Shown here: piece after piece, positions 33,637-44,940 of the stretch | Layout of the letters: every line of letters starts with the position of its first letter | Position numbering within the stretch: position 1 is the stretch's first letter | The notes under the pieces: generated by a model | The model's input: only the letters and a program-made list of their open reading frames with translations | Told to the model about the DNA's origin: nothing | Database searches by the model: none | Program-made: the position numbers and the translations under genes | NCBI GenBank assembly: GCA_943788915.1 | Contig: CALSSD010000005.1 | Location: 434,001-498,000, forward strand | Reading direction: 5' to 3' | Length of the DNA stretch: 64,000 bases | Source of the DNA: an uncultured Acidimicrobiales bacterium | GTDB taxonomy: Bacteria; Actinomycetota; Acidimicrobiia; Acidimicrobiales; UBA10347

Positions 33637-33903
33637 CTAACGGATTTCGTTCGCCTTGATTACCTGGCGGCGTTCGGCCTCGCTGAGGCCACCCCACACG
33701 CCATGGCGTTCTCGGATCGACACTGCGTAATCCAGGCAGTCCGACATAACCGAACATTGCCCACAGATCTCTTTGGCCCGAGCCTCTCGCTCGGCTCGTT
33801 CATGACGTCGTTCGCCTTGCGGCGGCGGAAAGAACGTGCGCGATTGTGGACCTCGGCACGCAGCCCGATGTTGCCATGTCGTTTCCGACATTATTGCTGT
33901 CAC
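33637..33903 (-). CDS. WhiB family Fe-S transcriptional regulator (WhiB3/WhiD-like)
   Basis: Four Cys plus GVWGGLSE. Confidence 0.95.
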   Translation of the reverse strand: MTAIMSETTWQHRAACRGPQSRTFFPPPQGERRHERAEREARAKEICGQCSVMSDCLDYAVSIRERHGVWGGLSEAERRQVIKANEIR

Positions 33904-34074
33904 TCAGACACCCCCCGGTGATGTGAAGCTACTTCTGTTTCAGAAGCCTGAACTTAGGTGCCAACTACCGCATGCGCAAGGGGTGGCACCGGAATACCGC
34001 GATATCCACAACATCTGTGGATAACTCGTCAATACGTTGTGAATAGGCGATTCAGCTGGGGAAAGCCGAGTGTT

Positions 34075-35415
34075 TTAGCCGTCAGAGCGCCGTTCTCTGT
34101 AGTCGCGGGCGGCACCTTCTTGCGGCTCGACCTCGAGAACCAAACCTTCAACAGCCACAACACGAACGTGACCCCCAGCGGCCACGGGTGTCGCCCGGTT
34201 CGTGCGGGCTTTCCACAGGGCATCATTAATCTTGACGACACCGTCGGGCGCGACCTCCTCGACTGCCGAACCGACTTCGCCGATCATCCACTCGCGGCCA
34301 ATGGTCGGCGTGGAGAATCGAGTGCGGACCATGGTCGGCATACCGGTCACCATCATCATGGTGATACCGACCACACCCACGATCATGGGGATCCAGGACA
34401 TGGATATGCCGTCGGTGTAGAGCGTGACGGTGCCAGCCAGAAGCGCTAGTGCACCAGCGATCGTCCAGAACCGCGGCACACCGGTCTGCACGTCGACCGA
34501 AAAGGCCAACATGGAAACCACGAGTAATACGACCGCTACGGTCGATACCGGCAAGACCCATAGGCCAAACGAGCCGAGCAAGAACATGCCAGCCCCGACA
34601 ACACCGGCTACGCCAACACCAGCGGTGTAGAACTCAAACACCAATAACGCCAACCCGATGGTGAACAGCAGATAAGCGACTGGCGGGCTAGCGACCGTGT
34701 GGAGTTGGCCGGCAAGCAACGACAACCGCTCGAAACGAACAACGGTGTCGGAGACGGTGCGAGCATCTTCGCCCTCGCCGCTGACCGAGGTTGCAACACC
34801 CAGATCGGACAGGCTCACCACGAAGTCACCAACCGTAGGCGCTTCATTCGGGGCGATGCCCAACTCGATTACCTGATCAGAACCAATCGTGTCGTTCTGA
34901 AGCAGCGAACCAGCTGAACCAAGAAGGTCACCGAAACGTTCGTCGAGCAGTCGCTCGTTGCCGCTGTCGCCAATACGGGACCCGGGGGCAACGCCGATGC
35001 GGTCGACGAGGCCAGCCAGTTCGACCCATGGACCGGTTGCGCGCGCACCACTGGGACCAACCCACATGGCGATAGGAACGTCGGCGTTGGAGATAACGTC
35101 GGCGAGTTCATTGAGCTCGTCACGTGAGATGACTGAACCGGTGCTGTTGAGCTGCAGCACCACGACCTTTGCACCTTCTGCATCGGCATCGTGAACAGCG
35201 TCGGCAACAAAATCAGCCAGCAGCGGATCGAGTAGGCCGCTGACTTGCAGGACCACTGCTACGCCAGCTGCGGGCTCGGTGTCTTGTGCCTGCGCCGGCT
35301 GCATGAACACAGTAAGAAGAGGAAGCAATAACAGTGCGCCGACCAGCGCTCGGGTCAGGCGACGAGTTCGGTGTGTGGTGACCTCGCCCCCCACGGCTTG
35401 ATCATGTGATGTCAT
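34075..35415 (-). CDS. NfeD family membrane protein
   Basis: ClpP-like N-domain (WVGPSGARA), TM bundle, C-terminal OB fold (ALWKART). Confidence 0.85.
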   Translation of the reverse strand: MTSHDQAVGGEVTTHRTRRLTRALVGALLLLPLLTVFMQPAQAQDTEPAAGVAVVLQVSGLLDPLLADFVADAVHDADAEGAKVVVLQLNSTGSVISRDELNELADVISNADVPIAMWVGPSGARATGPWVELAGLVDRIGVAPGSRIGDSGNERLLDERFGDLLGSAGSLLQNDTIGSDQVIELGIAPNEAPTVGDFVVSLSDLGVATSVSGEGEDARTVSDTVVRFERLSLLAGQLHTVASPPVAYLLFTIGLALLVFEFYTAGVGVAGVVGAGMFLLGSFGLWVLPVSTVAVVLLVVSMLAFSVDVQTGVPRFWTIAGALALLAGTVTLYTDGISMSWIPMIVGVVGITMMMVTGMPTMVRTRFSTPTIGREWMIGEVGSAVEEVAPDGVVKINDALWKARTNRATPVAAGGHVRVVAVEGLVLEVEPQEGAARDYRERRSDG

Positions 35416-35418
35416 CTG

Positions 35419-35784
35419 TCAGCCAGACGTGTCAGGCGCGTCGTCGCCCAGAATTGTGGCAACACCGGTCTCGAGCGTCTCGGTAACAGGCACGATGCGG
35501 TCAAAACCGGTCGTGTGCAGCAGACGGGTAAGCGCAGGCTTGTCGCATACCACCACGATCTCGCCGTCGTGATCGCGATTGCGGCGGATGCCTCCGATGA
35601 GTGCACCCAGGCCGGCCGAGTCCATAAACGGGACCTCGGACAGATCGATGAGCAGGCGAGGCTCTTCGGCAAGGCCGGACAGTGCCTCACGAAATTGACC
35701 GACGCTATAAGCATCGATATCCCCACGAGGACGAAGAACCGTGTGGCCCTCGTGCTCTTCGGTTTCGACTTCAAAATCAGACAT
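35419..35784 (-). CDS. Anti-sigma factor antagonist (STAS)
   Basis: GDIDAY, DLSEVPFMDSAGLGAL. Confidence 0.93.
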   Translation of the reverse strand: MSDFEVETEEHEGHTVLRPRGDIDAYSVGQFREALSGLAEEPRLLIDLSEVPFMDSAGLGALIGGIRRNRDHDGEIVVVCDKPALTRLLHTTGFDRIVPVTETLETGVATILGDDAPDTSG

Positions 35785-36036
35785 GTCGTCCTCCACCCGG
35801 TGGACCCAGATCGTACAGGAATCACCACCGGACAGGTAGCGATCGATGGCAGACGCTACCAACCCATGGAGCTGCTCATCATTCCAAACCCGAGTTTCTC
35901 GTCACACGTTGACTTCGACCGTGTGTGTCAACAACACCTCCAACGTCGGGACGGTTTTGTGAGGGACCGCAAGATTCGACAGGTCTATCACCGCAGAATC
36001 TCGCCATTTGGTAGCCGCAGCACTAACCTGCACTTC

Positions 36037-36486
36037 GTGACACATGTGCTGTTGGCTACCGATGCAGATTGGCTCTTCGACGAGGTTTCCGCCGCTCTGG
36101 CCGAACCTGGCACCACCGTGTCTCGCATCACCGAAGGCCGCGACGTTGGCCAGGCAGTCATCCAACTCGAGCCTGACCTCGTCTTGCTTGACCTGCAGAT
36201 CGGCACCAAGGGCGGTGTGGCGTCGTGTATCGACCTGCGCCACGACATCGCCGAAGGACGCTCCAAACAAACCAAGGTGCTGATGTTGCTCGACCGCGAC
36301 GCCGATCGCTGGATCGCCCGTCAGGCCGACGCCGATGGTTGGCTCATCAAACCACTTGATGCCTTCCGGTTGCGTCGTGCTGCGCTGGCCACCATCGCGG
36401 GCGAGTCCGTCTTCGAAGGCGAACCTGTCGTTGCAACCGAAGAAGTGCCAACCGAGGGCGACGAAACAGACGCTTCTGCAGGCTGA
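36037..36486 (+). CDS. Stand-alone response regulator receiver
   Basis: PDLVLLDLQ, ADGWLIKP; start moved to GTG at 36037. Confidence 0.85.
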   Translation: MTHVLLATDADWLFDEVSAALAEPGTTVSRITEGRDVGQAVIQLEPDLVLLDLQIGTKGGVASCIDLRHDIAEGRSKQTKVLMLLDRDADRWIARQADADGWLIKPLDAFRLRRAALATIAGESVFEGEPVVATEEVPTEGDETDASAG

Positions 36487-36671
36487 CTCAGCGGGTCTTT
36501 TCTAGTAAGGCTGACAGGACCCTGTTTGTAACACGGATGGGCGCAATCGCACTTGCTGTAGCTCGCCGCCACACCGACAACGACCTCGACTAACCATTTC
36601 GAGTGCATTCGGCCGAAGGTCTGGGGCAACCCAGCCCTACGGCCTTTTGCCGTTTTCGGCGATGCTGCCTT

Positions 36672-37632
36672 CTAGGCGATGCGATCGTTCGGCTCGCGTC
36701 CGGCAAACACCCGTTGCGCGTTTGCGAACTGAGCACGGTTGATGGCGTATTGACGCTCTACGGTGCCGCTCGATATGTGTGGTGTGGTGATGATGTTCAT
36801 GACCGAGAACACCCGGTGGTCACCCGGCGGCGGCTCGGGATCAAACACGTCGACACCGGCACCAAACAGGTGGCCGCTCTCAACCGAGTCGACGAGCGCC
36901 TCGAGGTCATAGGTCGGACCCCGGCTGGTGTTGATGAAGATCGCACCCGGCTTCATCGACGCAAATTCCTCGGCACCGAACATGCTTCGAGTCTGGTCAG
37001 TCAGCGGCACGTGCAGCGTGATGATGTCGGCCTGCGCGATGAGCACATCGCGCTCGACTCGCTCCAGGCCATACGCCTGGAGCCAGTTCCGCAGGTGCCT
37101 CAACGATGTCGGTATACAGAATCCGACAACCAAAGGCGTGCGCCAGATGGGCAATACGTTTGCCGATCCGGCCGACACCGATGATGCCGAGCGTCTTGTA
37201 CGAGAGATTGTGTGATCCCTCGCGCCAACCGAGCATGTTCCACTCGCCAGACTTCATACTTTGCTGCACAGCCGGCAGCTGCTTCGAAAGCGCCAAGATC
37301 AGCATCAACGCGTGTTCGGCCACACCTTCGGGCGTCATCACCGGAGTCACCGCAACCGGGATGCCCATTTCGGCGAGCGTCTCGATGTCGATTGCGTCAT
37401 ACCCGACGCCGTTGTGCATGACCAGCTTGCAGCGGTCGAGCATGCGGCACTGTTCGGTCGTCAGCGACAGGCAGATGAGTGCATCGACCCTCGGCAGCGT
37501 GGCTGCAACCGCGTCGGCATCGTTCAGGTCAAGGAACTCGACGTCGAACTCATCGGGCTGCACTTCGGCCACGACTTCCTGGATCCAGGGATGGCAGGTG
37601 GTCCACACAACAAGTGGTTTCGTATCAGTCAC
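36672..37632 (-). CDS. D-2-hydroxyacid dehydrogenase, split by one frameshift near 37083
   Basis: GVGYD and GVGRIG in one frame; LHVPLT, INTSRG, DVF..EP, TPHIS in another. Confidence 0.88.
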
Positions 37633-37956
37633 CAGACGACGTTATTCGATAGACCCCGCCAGCCTGCAGTACCCGGCAACCAAGTTGACGAAATCTGCGA
37701 CCTTAAGCCGACAGAACGAGGCGAACGTCGCAGACACGAACGGCGATACAGGTGCCGCAACTCTGGTGTGGCTCACGGCTGCTTCTTTACTGATACGACT
37801 GTGGCACCACCAGGTCGGCGGAGCCGCAGAAGCCTCTGCACACACAAACACGTATGAGAGCGAGCAAGCATGTGTGTCACAGAACAGTCCCACCTTGGCC
37901 AGAGAAGTGTCCCGTTAGACGGCGCGCCTAGTGCCGTGAGGCCATACCTTCGGTGC

Positions 37957-39540
37957 ATGACCGCCGACTTTGTTCGCCAAAAAATTTCTGCCACTGTGCG
38001 CAAACTTGTCATCGGAGAGAGCCCCACCGCGCCGGTCACCACCTGGGATCTTGACGACCCGAATCCAATCGCAGCAGACAGTCCGGTGCGCACCGTGCAT
38101 GCTGACCCCGCGATGTTCGTCGGTGGCGTCCGAGCACTTCTCTTCCAAACACTCCATCCGGTCGCTATGCGGGGTGTGGCAGAACACAGCGACTACGAAC
38201 ATGATCCGCTCGGTCGGCTGCAACGAACAGCGTCGTTTCTGGGAAAGACCACCTACGGCACGGGTGCCGAAGCGAACGAGGCCATCAATCTGGTGCGATC
38301 GATCCACAGCCGCGTCGAGGGCACCATGCCTGATGGGACTATCTACCGGGCCGACGATCCGAGTCTGCTTGGTTGGGTGCATGCCAGCGAGATCGACAGC
38401 TTCCTGACCGCCCATCAGAAGTACGGCGGAACGAGACTCTCACCCCACGAGTGCGACCGTTACGTGGCCGATATGAGCATTATCGGCAGCGCGCTTGGCG
38501 TAGACAACGCCCCACAATCGCGTGCCGAACTGGCAGCCGTGCTTGATTCGTATCGAAGCGAGTTGGCGCCATCGAAAGAATGCCGCGACGCCACCCGGTT
38601 TCTTTTTGCACCAGCATTACCCATCGGGGTGCTCCCCTTCTATGGGTTGATCTTCAGCTCGGCGGTCGCCATGTTGCCCCGGTGGGCCCGAGCGATGCTG
38701 CTGCTACCCGTCGCTCCTGGTATCGATCCGTTCGTGTTACGACCGGCAATGACCACGATGATGTATGCCTTGCGTTGGGCCCAGATCGCACCCGATGGCC
38801 ACGAAGCCACCGATGATGTCGGTCACGCCAACACGAAGTTGCGTCGCTACATGTCCTCGGAGCATTTCAGTGTTGACGGGACCCTGTTGCAGGCGTGGGC
38901 GTCGAACAAGAGCTTCAAACCCACCAACCCCAGCAACGACGACCAGGGCGATGGGAACGGGTTCAAGGGCCGAAACGCCGAAGTCGATTTCAAAGGCCAG
39001 AAACGATCGAACAAGACCCATAGGTCCACGACCGATCCTGAGGCGATGTTGTTCCGCAAGTCCAACAACGCCGCCGCCGAGCTGTCCTACATGGGGCATC
39101 TGTTGATCGAGAACCGCAACGGGCTAATCGTCGACGCCGACCTGACCCAAGCGACCGGGTTCGCCGAACGTGCGTGCGCAACCAACATGTTGGGACAGCT
39201 ACCCGCGACCAAGCAGCGACGCACGATCGCAGCAGACAAGAGTTATGACACCAAAGACTTCGTTGCCGATGTCCGCAAGCTCGGGTTCACCCCGCACGTC
39301 GCCCAGAACACCAGTAACCGCCGATCCGCGATTGATGGCCGCACCACCCGACACGACGGATACACGGTGTCCCAGCGGATCCGCAAACGGGTCGAGGAAC
39401 CCTTCGGATGGATCAAAACCGTCGGCGCTGCCCGCAAACTCCGCTACATCGGAGAACAACGCAACCGGGCGTTGTTCAAAATGGAAGCCGCCGCCTACAA
39501 CCTGATCAGGATCTGCAACCTCGACGCCGCAGTGGTCTGA
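37957..39540 (+). CDS. MpaB/Lcp-like oxygenase domain fused in frame to IS5 transposase core
   Basis: LHPVAMRGVAEHS, YRADDP, WVHASE, then FSVDGT, ADKSYD, RKRVEEPFGWIK with no stop between. Confidence 0.85.
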   Translation: MTADFVRQKISATVRKLVIGESPTAPVTTWDLDDPNPIAADSPVRTVHADPAMFVGGVRALLFQTLHPVAMRGVAEHSDYEHDPLGRLQRTASFLGKTTYGTGAEANEAINLVRSIHSRVEGTMPDGTIYRADDPSLLGWVHASEIDSFLTAHQKYGGTRLSPHECDRYVADMSIIGSALGVDNAPQSRAELAAVLDSYRSELAPSKECRDATRFLFAPALPIGVLPFYGLIFSSAVAMLPRWARAMLLLPVAPGIDPFVLRPAMTTMMYALRWAQIAPDGHEATDDVGHANTKLRRYMSSEHFSVDGTLLQAWASNKSFKPTNPSNDDQGDGNGFKGRNAEVDFKGQKRSNKTHRSTTDPEAMLFRKSNNAAAELSYMGHLLIENRNGLIVDADLTQATGFAERACATNMLGQLPATKQRRTIAADKSYDTKDFVADVRKLGFTPHVAQNTSNRRSAIDGRTTRHDGYTVSQRIRKRVEEPFGWIKTVGAARKLRYIGEQRNRALFKMEAAAYNLIRICNLDAAVV

Positions 39541-39668
39541 ACCCCAGACCGAGATGGCGCTACCGCACCCACCCGAGCCCAGACCAGCAACCAGTCACGC
39601 CGCCAAACGCCATCACCAAACACCAACCAACCGCCAAGCCCCCCACCGGGACGCTTTTCCGCACCCTG
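38836..39668 (+). mobile_element. 5'-truncated IS5-family element
   Basis: DDE motifs; right end ...TTTTCCGCACCCTG followed by CTAG; no left end or transposase N-terminus found. Confidence 0.88.
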
Positions 39669-40082
39669 CTAGAGCTCGAACCGCTCGATCGCGCCGGTTT
39701 CCTGGGCCCGTTCAATAATTTCGAGGCCCAGCAACGAGAAGAAGAAATACACGACCCCTCCAGCAACTACTGCCCAACCCCAGCGATAATCGCCCACAAG
39801 TGCCAGCAGCACACCCACAATGGCAACCGCAGGTGCAGCCAATCCGCTGAAACCGAAACCGATCTTCACGAAGGCGGCGATCGTGGCGCTGCGACGAAGC
39901 AGGCCTGTCGTCCACAGCAGGGTCGACGACACGGCGAGTGCGGCCGCAATCCATCCCATCGTGCCGACCCACATATTGAGCGCAGCGAAGCTGACCGAAC
40001 CGATCAGCATCAGGATGGCCAAAACCGATAGGTCGCCGCCAGCAGCGTCTCGTAGCTCGTCCTGTGTGAGTTCGCGATCCAC
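39669..40082 (-). CDS. Hypothetical membrane protein
   Basis: About four TM segments; its TAG stop lies within the IS-flanking CTAG. Confidence 0.75.
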   Translation of the reverse strand: MDRELTQDELRDAAGGDLSVLAILMLIGSVSFAALNMWVGTMGWIAAALAVSSTLLWTTGLLRRSATIAAFVKIGFGFSGLAAPAVAIVGVLLALVGDYRWGWAVVAGGVVYFFFSLLGLEIIERAQETGAIERFEL

Positions 40083-40121
40083 AAAGGCAATCTATCTACC
40101 AGCGTTCCACACCCATCTACG

Positions 40122-40373
40122 TCAGGGCGGGTTGGTGACGTAACGGTTCGCCGCATCGACTAGGGACAGGTCAAGCTGATTGGCGAGCGATGACAACCAA
40201 GCCAATACATCACCCAACTCGTGGAGTTGCTGTTCCTTGGTGCCCTTGCGAACCGCCTGGGCCAGCTCACCGACTTCTTCGCACAACCAGGCAACCGTGG
40301 AAGGCATACCCCGAGCGCGATCGTCTTCTCCGTACAGCGTTTCCATCAACGCTTGAAACTCAGCAATTTCCAT
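40122..40373 (-). CDS. MazG-like nucleotide pyrophosphohydrolase
   Basis: WLCEEVGELA...ELGDVLAW. Confidence 0.9.
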   Translation of the reverse strand: MEIAEFQALMETLYGEDDRARGMPSTVAWLCEEVGELAQAVRKGTKEQQLHELGDVLAWLSSLANQLDLSLVDAANRYVTNPP

Positions 40374-40400
40374 GCCGACAGTCTCGCGCCAAACCGAGGT

Positions 40401-41525
<1,125 letters not shown>

Positions 41526-42734
41526 CTAGAAAACCGGACGGTCCAGTTCAAATGCAGCGTGAAGCACATTGACGGCATCTTCTGTTCGTGCCGCGTCGAC
41601 AATCGCACTGATACGGATACCAGACGTCGACAACATTTGGATGTTGATGCCATTCTCGGCCAGCGTCTCAAACATCTGGGCAGCAACACCAGGGTTTGAC
41701 TTCATGCCAGCGCCGATCAGGCTGATCTTGCCGATCTTGTCGTCGCTCGTAACTTGGCCGATGCCGAGCCCGTTGGCGGCGGCAACCGCACCGTCTAATT
41801 GCGACATCGGCACGGTGAAGGAAATGTCGGTGACACCTTCATTGCTCACGTTCTGCACGATCATGTCGACGTTGACGTCTTCGTCAGCCAGTGTGCGGAA
41901 CAAGCGGGCGGCGATGCCCGGCTCGTCGGGCACGTGCGAGATCGTGACCTTGGCCTCGCTCATGTCGTGAACTACCGCAGTGACTATTGCTCGTTCCATC
42001 GAGCCCTCCTCGTTAACCCACGTGCCCTGTTCCCAGGTGAAGGCTGATCGAATGTGCAGTGCAACACCGTGACGGTGTGCATATTCAACTGAACGCATAG
42101 CTGGTTTCGGGCAGCCGCAAGCAGTCATTTCCAAGAGTTCGTCGAAGCTCAGATGTGTCATCTTGCGGGCGTTCGTGACCAGACGGGGGTCGGTCGTGAA
42201 CACACCCGGCACATCGGTGTAGAGCTCGCATGCGTCGGCTTCGAGCCGGTGGGCAAGTGCAACTGCGGTGGTGTCGCTGCCACCACGACCAAGAAACGTG
42301 ACTTCCTTGTCGGTCGACATTCCCTGCGAGCCAGCCACGACCGGCACCGAGCCGGCGGCCAACGATTCCTTGATTCGGTCGGCCATGACCTCTTCGATGC
42401 GGGCGTTCTCGTGGGTCGTGTCGGTGATGATGCCCGCTTGGCTTCCGGTAAATGAGTCAGCCGGGATACCAGCACCGTGAAGCGCCATGGCCACCAGAGC
42501 GACCGCCTTACGCTCACCAGCAGTGATCAACATGTCCATCTCGCGACCAGGGCGCACGTCGGAAACCTCGTTGGCGAGTCGAAGTAACTCGTCGGTTTCC
42601 TTGCCCATTGCGCTGACCACCATGACGACCTGGTCCCCGCGAGCAACCGTGCGTCGCACATGATCGACGACCTCGCTAATACGTTCGGGGTCGGCCACCG
42701 AGGTGCCACCAAACTTCTGTACATACAGAGCCAC
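41526..42734 (-). CDS. ask: Aspartate kinase
   Basis: VQKFGGTSV, LGRGGSDTTA, two ACT domains. Confidence 0.97.
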   Translation of the reverse strand: MALYVQKFGGTSVADPERISEVVDHVRRTVARGDQVVMVVSAMGKETDELLRLANEVSDVRPGREMDMLITAGERKAVALVAMALHGAGIPADSFTGSQAGIITDTTHENARIEEVMADRIKESLAAGSVPVVAGSQGMSTDKEVTFLGRGGSDTTAVALAHRLEADACELYTDVPGVFTTDPRLVTNARKMTHLSFDELLEMTACGCPKPAMRSVEYAHRHGVALHIRSAFTWEQGTWVNEEGSMERAIVTAVVHDMSEAKVTISHVPDEPGIAARLFRTLADEDVNVDMIVQNVSNEGVTDISFTVPMSQLDGAVAAANGLGIGQVTSDDKIGKISLIGAGMKSNPGVAAQMFETLAENGINIQMLSTSGIRISAIVDAARTEDAVNVLHAAFELDRPVF

Positions 42735-42826
42735 GGCCAGCAGGATATTCGAGCGACCCCAGACTTCCTGCCCGATTGCGCCAACTGCGAACGCCCGAAA
42801 GCGTGAAGCCGGTAGATTTCCGGGAT

Positions 42827-43651
42827 ATGGGAACCGAAAAACGTGAGCGCCAGAAGGCAAATCGAAAGACTCGCTTGGCCGAAGTAGAGGCCGAGGAGGC
42901 CAAGGAAACCCGCGAGGAGTCGACCAAAAAGTTCGGCAAGATCGCCGCAGTCGTGGCGGCACTGATCGCAATCATCGTGCTCTTCAACGTTCTCGGCGGC
43001 GACGACGCCCCCGACACCGTGACAATCCCCCAAGCACCGGTGGCCGAAGGCGAACCCACACCGGTCCCTGAGATCGTGCTTGCGTCATCGGTTCCCGACG
43101 ACTTCGAGCCATTCGCAGGCACAGGCGCCCTGTCACTGGTCGAACCAGAGGCCCGCAACGACGCCTACGACGCCGCCCCCGGCATGCTCATTGACCCAAC
43201 TAAGAGTTACGCCGCAGTGATCGATACCTCAGTCGGGCCGATTCGTTTGACCTTGTTCGCCGACGAAGCGCCACTCGCTGTCAACAATTTCGTGGCCCTG
43301 GCTCGTGACGGCTTCTACGACGGTCTCACATTCCATCGGGTTATGGAAGATTTCATGGCCCAAGGCGGCGATCCCACCGGCTCAGGGGCTGGCGGACCTG
43401 GTTACTCCTTCGCCGACGAATTCGAGTCGGGCCGCCTCTTCGACAAACGCGGCCAACTCGCCATGGCGAACAGCGGCCCCGATACCAATGGAAGCCAGTT
43501 CTTTGTCACCACGGTGGCCACCGATTGGTTGAATGGCATTCACACCATCTTCGGCGAGATTGCCGACGAAGCTCCCGCACTCGATCTGATTCCCGTGACC
43601 GGCGAAGGCGACACCGTCGTCATCAACTCGGTCCGCATCATCGAGAACTAG
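42827..43651 (+). CDS. Membrane-anchored cyclophilin-type PPIase
   Basis: FYDGLTFHRV, QGGDPTG, AMANSGPDTNGSQFF. Confidence 0.95.
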   Translation: MGTEKRERQKANRKTRLAEVEAEEAKETREESTKKFGKIAAVVAALIAIIVLFNVLGGDDAPDTVTIPQAPVAEGEPTPVPEIVLASSVPDDFEPFAGTGALSLVEPEARNDAYDAAPGMLIDPTKSYAAVIDTSVGPIRLTLFADEAPLAVNNFVALARDGFYDGLTFHRVMEDFMAQGGDPTGSGAGGPGYSFADEFESGRLFDKRGQLAMANSGPDTNGSQFFVTTVATDWLNGIHTIFGEIADEAPALDLIPVTGEGDTVVINSVRIIEN

Positions 43652-44175
43652 CCGTTCGGAATCTGCACCCCGGGAATCAGACGAACGTCGCCGATGGCAT
43701 ATTCGATCGTTGCATCCCTCGTCGTGACCAGCAATCGATCGATGTTGAGCGGCGCCCACCCCGCATGCCAGAGATCAAGTGTTGCATCGTCGCGCCACGA
43801 ACGTGCCTGTTGCCCCAACCCGGCGATGCGGGGCTCGGTAATCTGGAGCTTGGCCATCCGGGCGATCGGTATGGAAAGCCGGTGGTTGGCGATCCGGGCG
43901 ACCGGCATGACGAATCCAAACGCGTCGGTCGCGTGACGAGCATGCTTCAAGACGTCCGCCGGCAACCCGACCACAACAATGGTCGGAGTTGTTCCGAGCA
44001 CAGCAGATTGTTCGTTCGTGGATCCGAAGTCGAGCTGGTCCACGATCGACCGCCACCGGGATGTGCTTTCGACACACACCACACCCAGCCGATCAACAAG
44101 TCGCCGAATCGACGCTTGCACTTCTGCATTGCCGACCAGCGTGTCCTGTTCCTGCACGACATGACGGTAACCCAA
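43648..44175 (-). CDS. Hypothetical protein
   Basis: 175 aa ORF filling the gap between two genes; no motif recognised. Confidence 0.5.
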   Translation of the reverse strand: MGYRHVVQEQDTLVGNAEVQASIRRLVDRLGVVCVESTSRWRSIVDQLDFGSTNEQSAVLGTTPTIVVVGLPADVLKHARHATDAFGFVMPVARIANHRLSIPIARMAKLQITEPRIAGLGQQARSWRDDATLDLWHAGWAPLNIDRLLVTTRDATIEYAIGDVRLIPGVQIPNG

Positions 44176-44897
44176 TGACGAGTCCTAGTCCGCTGCCGCC
44201 GACACCTTGGGAGTTCCCTCATCCAGATCAGGCAGACCCCAATGGCGTGGTGGCCGTGGGTGCGGACCTTGAACCCGAGACGCTGATTCACGCCTACCGC
44301 AACGGCATGTTCCCGATGCCGATCGATGATGGGAACATGGTCGGCTGGTGGTCACCGCCTAAACGAGGCGTACTCGACTTCACCGATCTTCGGGTATCGC
44401 GCAGCTTGCGTCGATCGTGTCGGCGTTATCAAGTGACGGTGAACACCGCGTTTGATCAGGTGATCCGAGCGTGTGCATCGTTGCCCCGAGATGGCGGATG
44501 GATCTCGCCGGCGATCATCGAGGCCTACGAACGGCTGCATGTACTCGGATGGGCGCATAGCGTCGAAACGTGGCACGACGGCAACCTCGTGGGCGGGTTG
44601 TACGGCGTACAGATCAACGGCCTCTTTGCAGGCGAGTCAATGTTTCAGGTCGCTACCGATGCATCGAAGGTAGCGCTGGTCGCATTGGTGAGCGGTTTGG
44701 AACATTGCGGCGCAGTTTTGCTCGATGTCCAATGGGCGACCGACCATCTTGCAACCCTCGGTGTGCACGAGATCACGCGAATTGAGTATCTTGAGCGGCT
44801 AGGGATAGCGCTATCATGCCCTGGTTCCTCGCTCGCAATTCTTTCAGGGAAACATTCGCTCGGGAAAGCCGAGCAATTCCTTAATCGAATACGGTAA
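44175..44897 (+). CDS. aat: Leucyl/phenylalanyl-tRNA--protein transferase
   Basis: AYRNGMFP, AHSVETW, LVGGLYGV, GESMF, DASKVAL. Confidence 0.95.
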   Translation: MTSPSPLPPTPWEFPHPDQADPNGVVAVGADLEPETLIHAYRNGMFPMPIDDGNMVGWWSPPKRGVLDFTDLRVSRSLRRSCRRYQVTVNTAFDQVIRACASLPRDGGWISPAIIEAYERLHVLGWAHSVETWHDGNLVGGLYGVQINGLFAGESMFQVATDASKVALVALVSGLEHCGAVLLDVQWATDHLATLGVHEITRIEYLERLGIALSCPGSSLAILSGKHSLGKAEQFLNRIR

Positions 44898-44940
44898 ATG
44901 CCGACGGGAAGACCTCCTCGTCCTTCATGGGAGCACTGCA

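Noticed and set aside
30469..33640. tRNA-Sec (selC) beside selA-selB
   Set aside because: No cloverleaf with a UCA anticodon found; CTTCAAA matches at ~35769 and ~38913 lie inside coding genes.
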